Shown: in pieces, positions 36,426-64,000 of the stretch
Position numbering within the stretch: position 1 is the stretch's first letter
How the letters are laid out: every line of letters starts with the position of its first letter
Origin: Tubiluchus corallicola
Taxonomy: Eukaryota; Animalia; Priapulida
Direction of reading: 5' to 3'
Assembly (NCBI GenBank): GCA_030141605.1
Contig: JAQGDQ010000089.1
Location: 62,001 to 126,000 of the forward strand
Length of the DNA stretch: 64,000 bases
Notes under the pieces: model-generated
The model's input: only the letters and a program-made list of their open reading frames with translations
What the model was told of the DNA's origin: nothing
Database searches by the model: none
Translations under genes and position numbers: made by a program

Positions 36426-36975
36426 AGGAAAACCAGACGATTGTTTAGACTCAATCTCATTTTAATTTACTGTCAATAATATTATTTTATTGACATTTTA
36501 TTGTCTATAAAAGTTGGAAATTGTTTCTTATATTTGGATAATTAGCTTAGAAAGTCAATTAACGACAACCGAACACAGTTATTGCTTACGTCAGAAACGA
36601 ACCACAGTTTGTGCAATGGCAGGTATCTTTCCTTGCCTGTCAAGCACGTTTGCACAAGTGTTACAGTACTGCTTAAACGTGTGATGTCACGAAAATGGGC
36701 TCTACATCATATGACATCAGAATCTAACACTGCAGTTCATGATCATGGTTACTATAGTACCACTTTCTATTTGTCGGCCACGCGAATGTGACAAAAGGGT
36801 GCTGTTGCCAATTTTAGTAGATTCAGTGAGCTGCGCATAGCTTTGAAAGTTTAACAAAAGTTTAGGTAATTATTATTTAATTTAAGCTTTGATTTAAAAA
36901 AAGCTATTGTAGTTTTCGATATTTTAGAGCATTCTTTATTCTGAACTAATATTCACATAATTGTCTGGTTTTCCT
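36426..36975. mobile_element. Kolobok-like non-autonomous DNA transposon with TTAA target-site duplication
   Basis: TTAA(36422-36425)-AGGAAAACCAGAC...GTCTGGTTTTCCT-TTAA(36976-36979). Perfect 13-bp TIR, imperfect beyond that. Confidence 0.75.
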
Positions 36976-37975
36976 TTAAGTAATGGGTCATCAGCACTGC
37001 AAAGTATTACGAACTTGCTTTTAATAATATATGACTACTACGGTAGAATACAATGAATATTACCTAGGTAAATGCAGGTAAAATATATTTATTAAAGCAG
37101 AATTTTCCACGTTTGAGGAAGTCTGTATACCAGAATTTAGATCTCATTTGAGGCCTCCAAAATGTGTTTAAATACAAAAAATACAGAAAATACGCTCTGC
37201 CCCCGAACCTGCTGGGTAAGCTTACAGCCCTATCCCAGACCCCCTAGCTGCTTGTACGTCAAATTGACGGCACTCATGATCTGCAGCATTGTAAGATGAT
37301 GAAAATTTTACCAAGTTTTTAACTAGATGGTGCTAGTAGGATAGCTGGATCTTCACTAATTAAGATATTCAGAAATCTGCAGAAAACACACAGATTTTAA
37401 TATTTTTAAATAAGATCAGTTACTCAACATATTATAAATCCAGTTAATCATAGATTCTTAATTCTCATCTTGGCTGACAGAAAAACAAAGATTTATGTAG
37501 TTTACTCTTTTTTTCCCGAATGTAAGGAACATGTGAAAATACCTGGAATTCGTTTGTATATGGGTAACAGAAATGGTATTAGCTTAAATAAAACCTGACT
37601 TATGATTGTTTCTTATTTAATCATTTACCACAAGGTGGCAGGCATGTACATGGAGACCATAATGTATATAGCATAAATACATTTTCTAACTGTCACCTCC
37701 CAGTGAAAAGGATCATCTTTGATCTTTGATAATAACCTGGGTTCCAGTGTCACCACAACCTTCAATATTAAATAAACACTGCCATCAAGCACCGGATCCT
37801 GTCTTACTGTGGGAGTGAACTGTATATAAAGAAAATAATGCAACAAAGGATGCAAAAATAATCAACAACTGTCTAGATTTTATTAAGTTGCACTACTTTC
37901 TAAGCAAACCATTTATACAGCAGTCCAAATATATTACATAACAGGTAAAATTTAGCTAAAGCATAATACCAAATA

Positions 37976-64000
<26,025 letters not shown>

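Overview
AT-rich, intron-containing eukaryotic (bilaterian invertebrate, probably protostome) DNA. The ORF track is not splice-aware, so I rebuilt genes by hand from splice sites and reading-frame phase. Genes in order: last exon of a laminin alpha chain (+); a two-exon divergent class A GPCR (+); an AKAP7-like 2H-phosphoesterase (-); a complete 7-exon EcR/NR1H nuclear receptor (-); and the 3' part of ELP2 (-, runs off the right edge). The most notable structure is the last ELP2 intron (38163-51231, about 13 kb). It is a U12-type (minor spliceosome) intron and contains two antisense, tandemly duplicated SLC10 (bile acid/steroid:Na+ symporter family) genes. Both carry Arg in place of the conserved Na+-site Gln (ECGYRN versus E[TC]GxQN). 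About 6 kb past the ELP2 stop lies the NR1H receptor, whose ligand pocket mixes EcR and LXR features. Introns hold hAT-, pogo- and Kolobok-type MITEs, tRNA- and 5S-derived repeats, LINE remnants and satellites. Family assignments and reference residue numbers are from memory and were not checked by database search.
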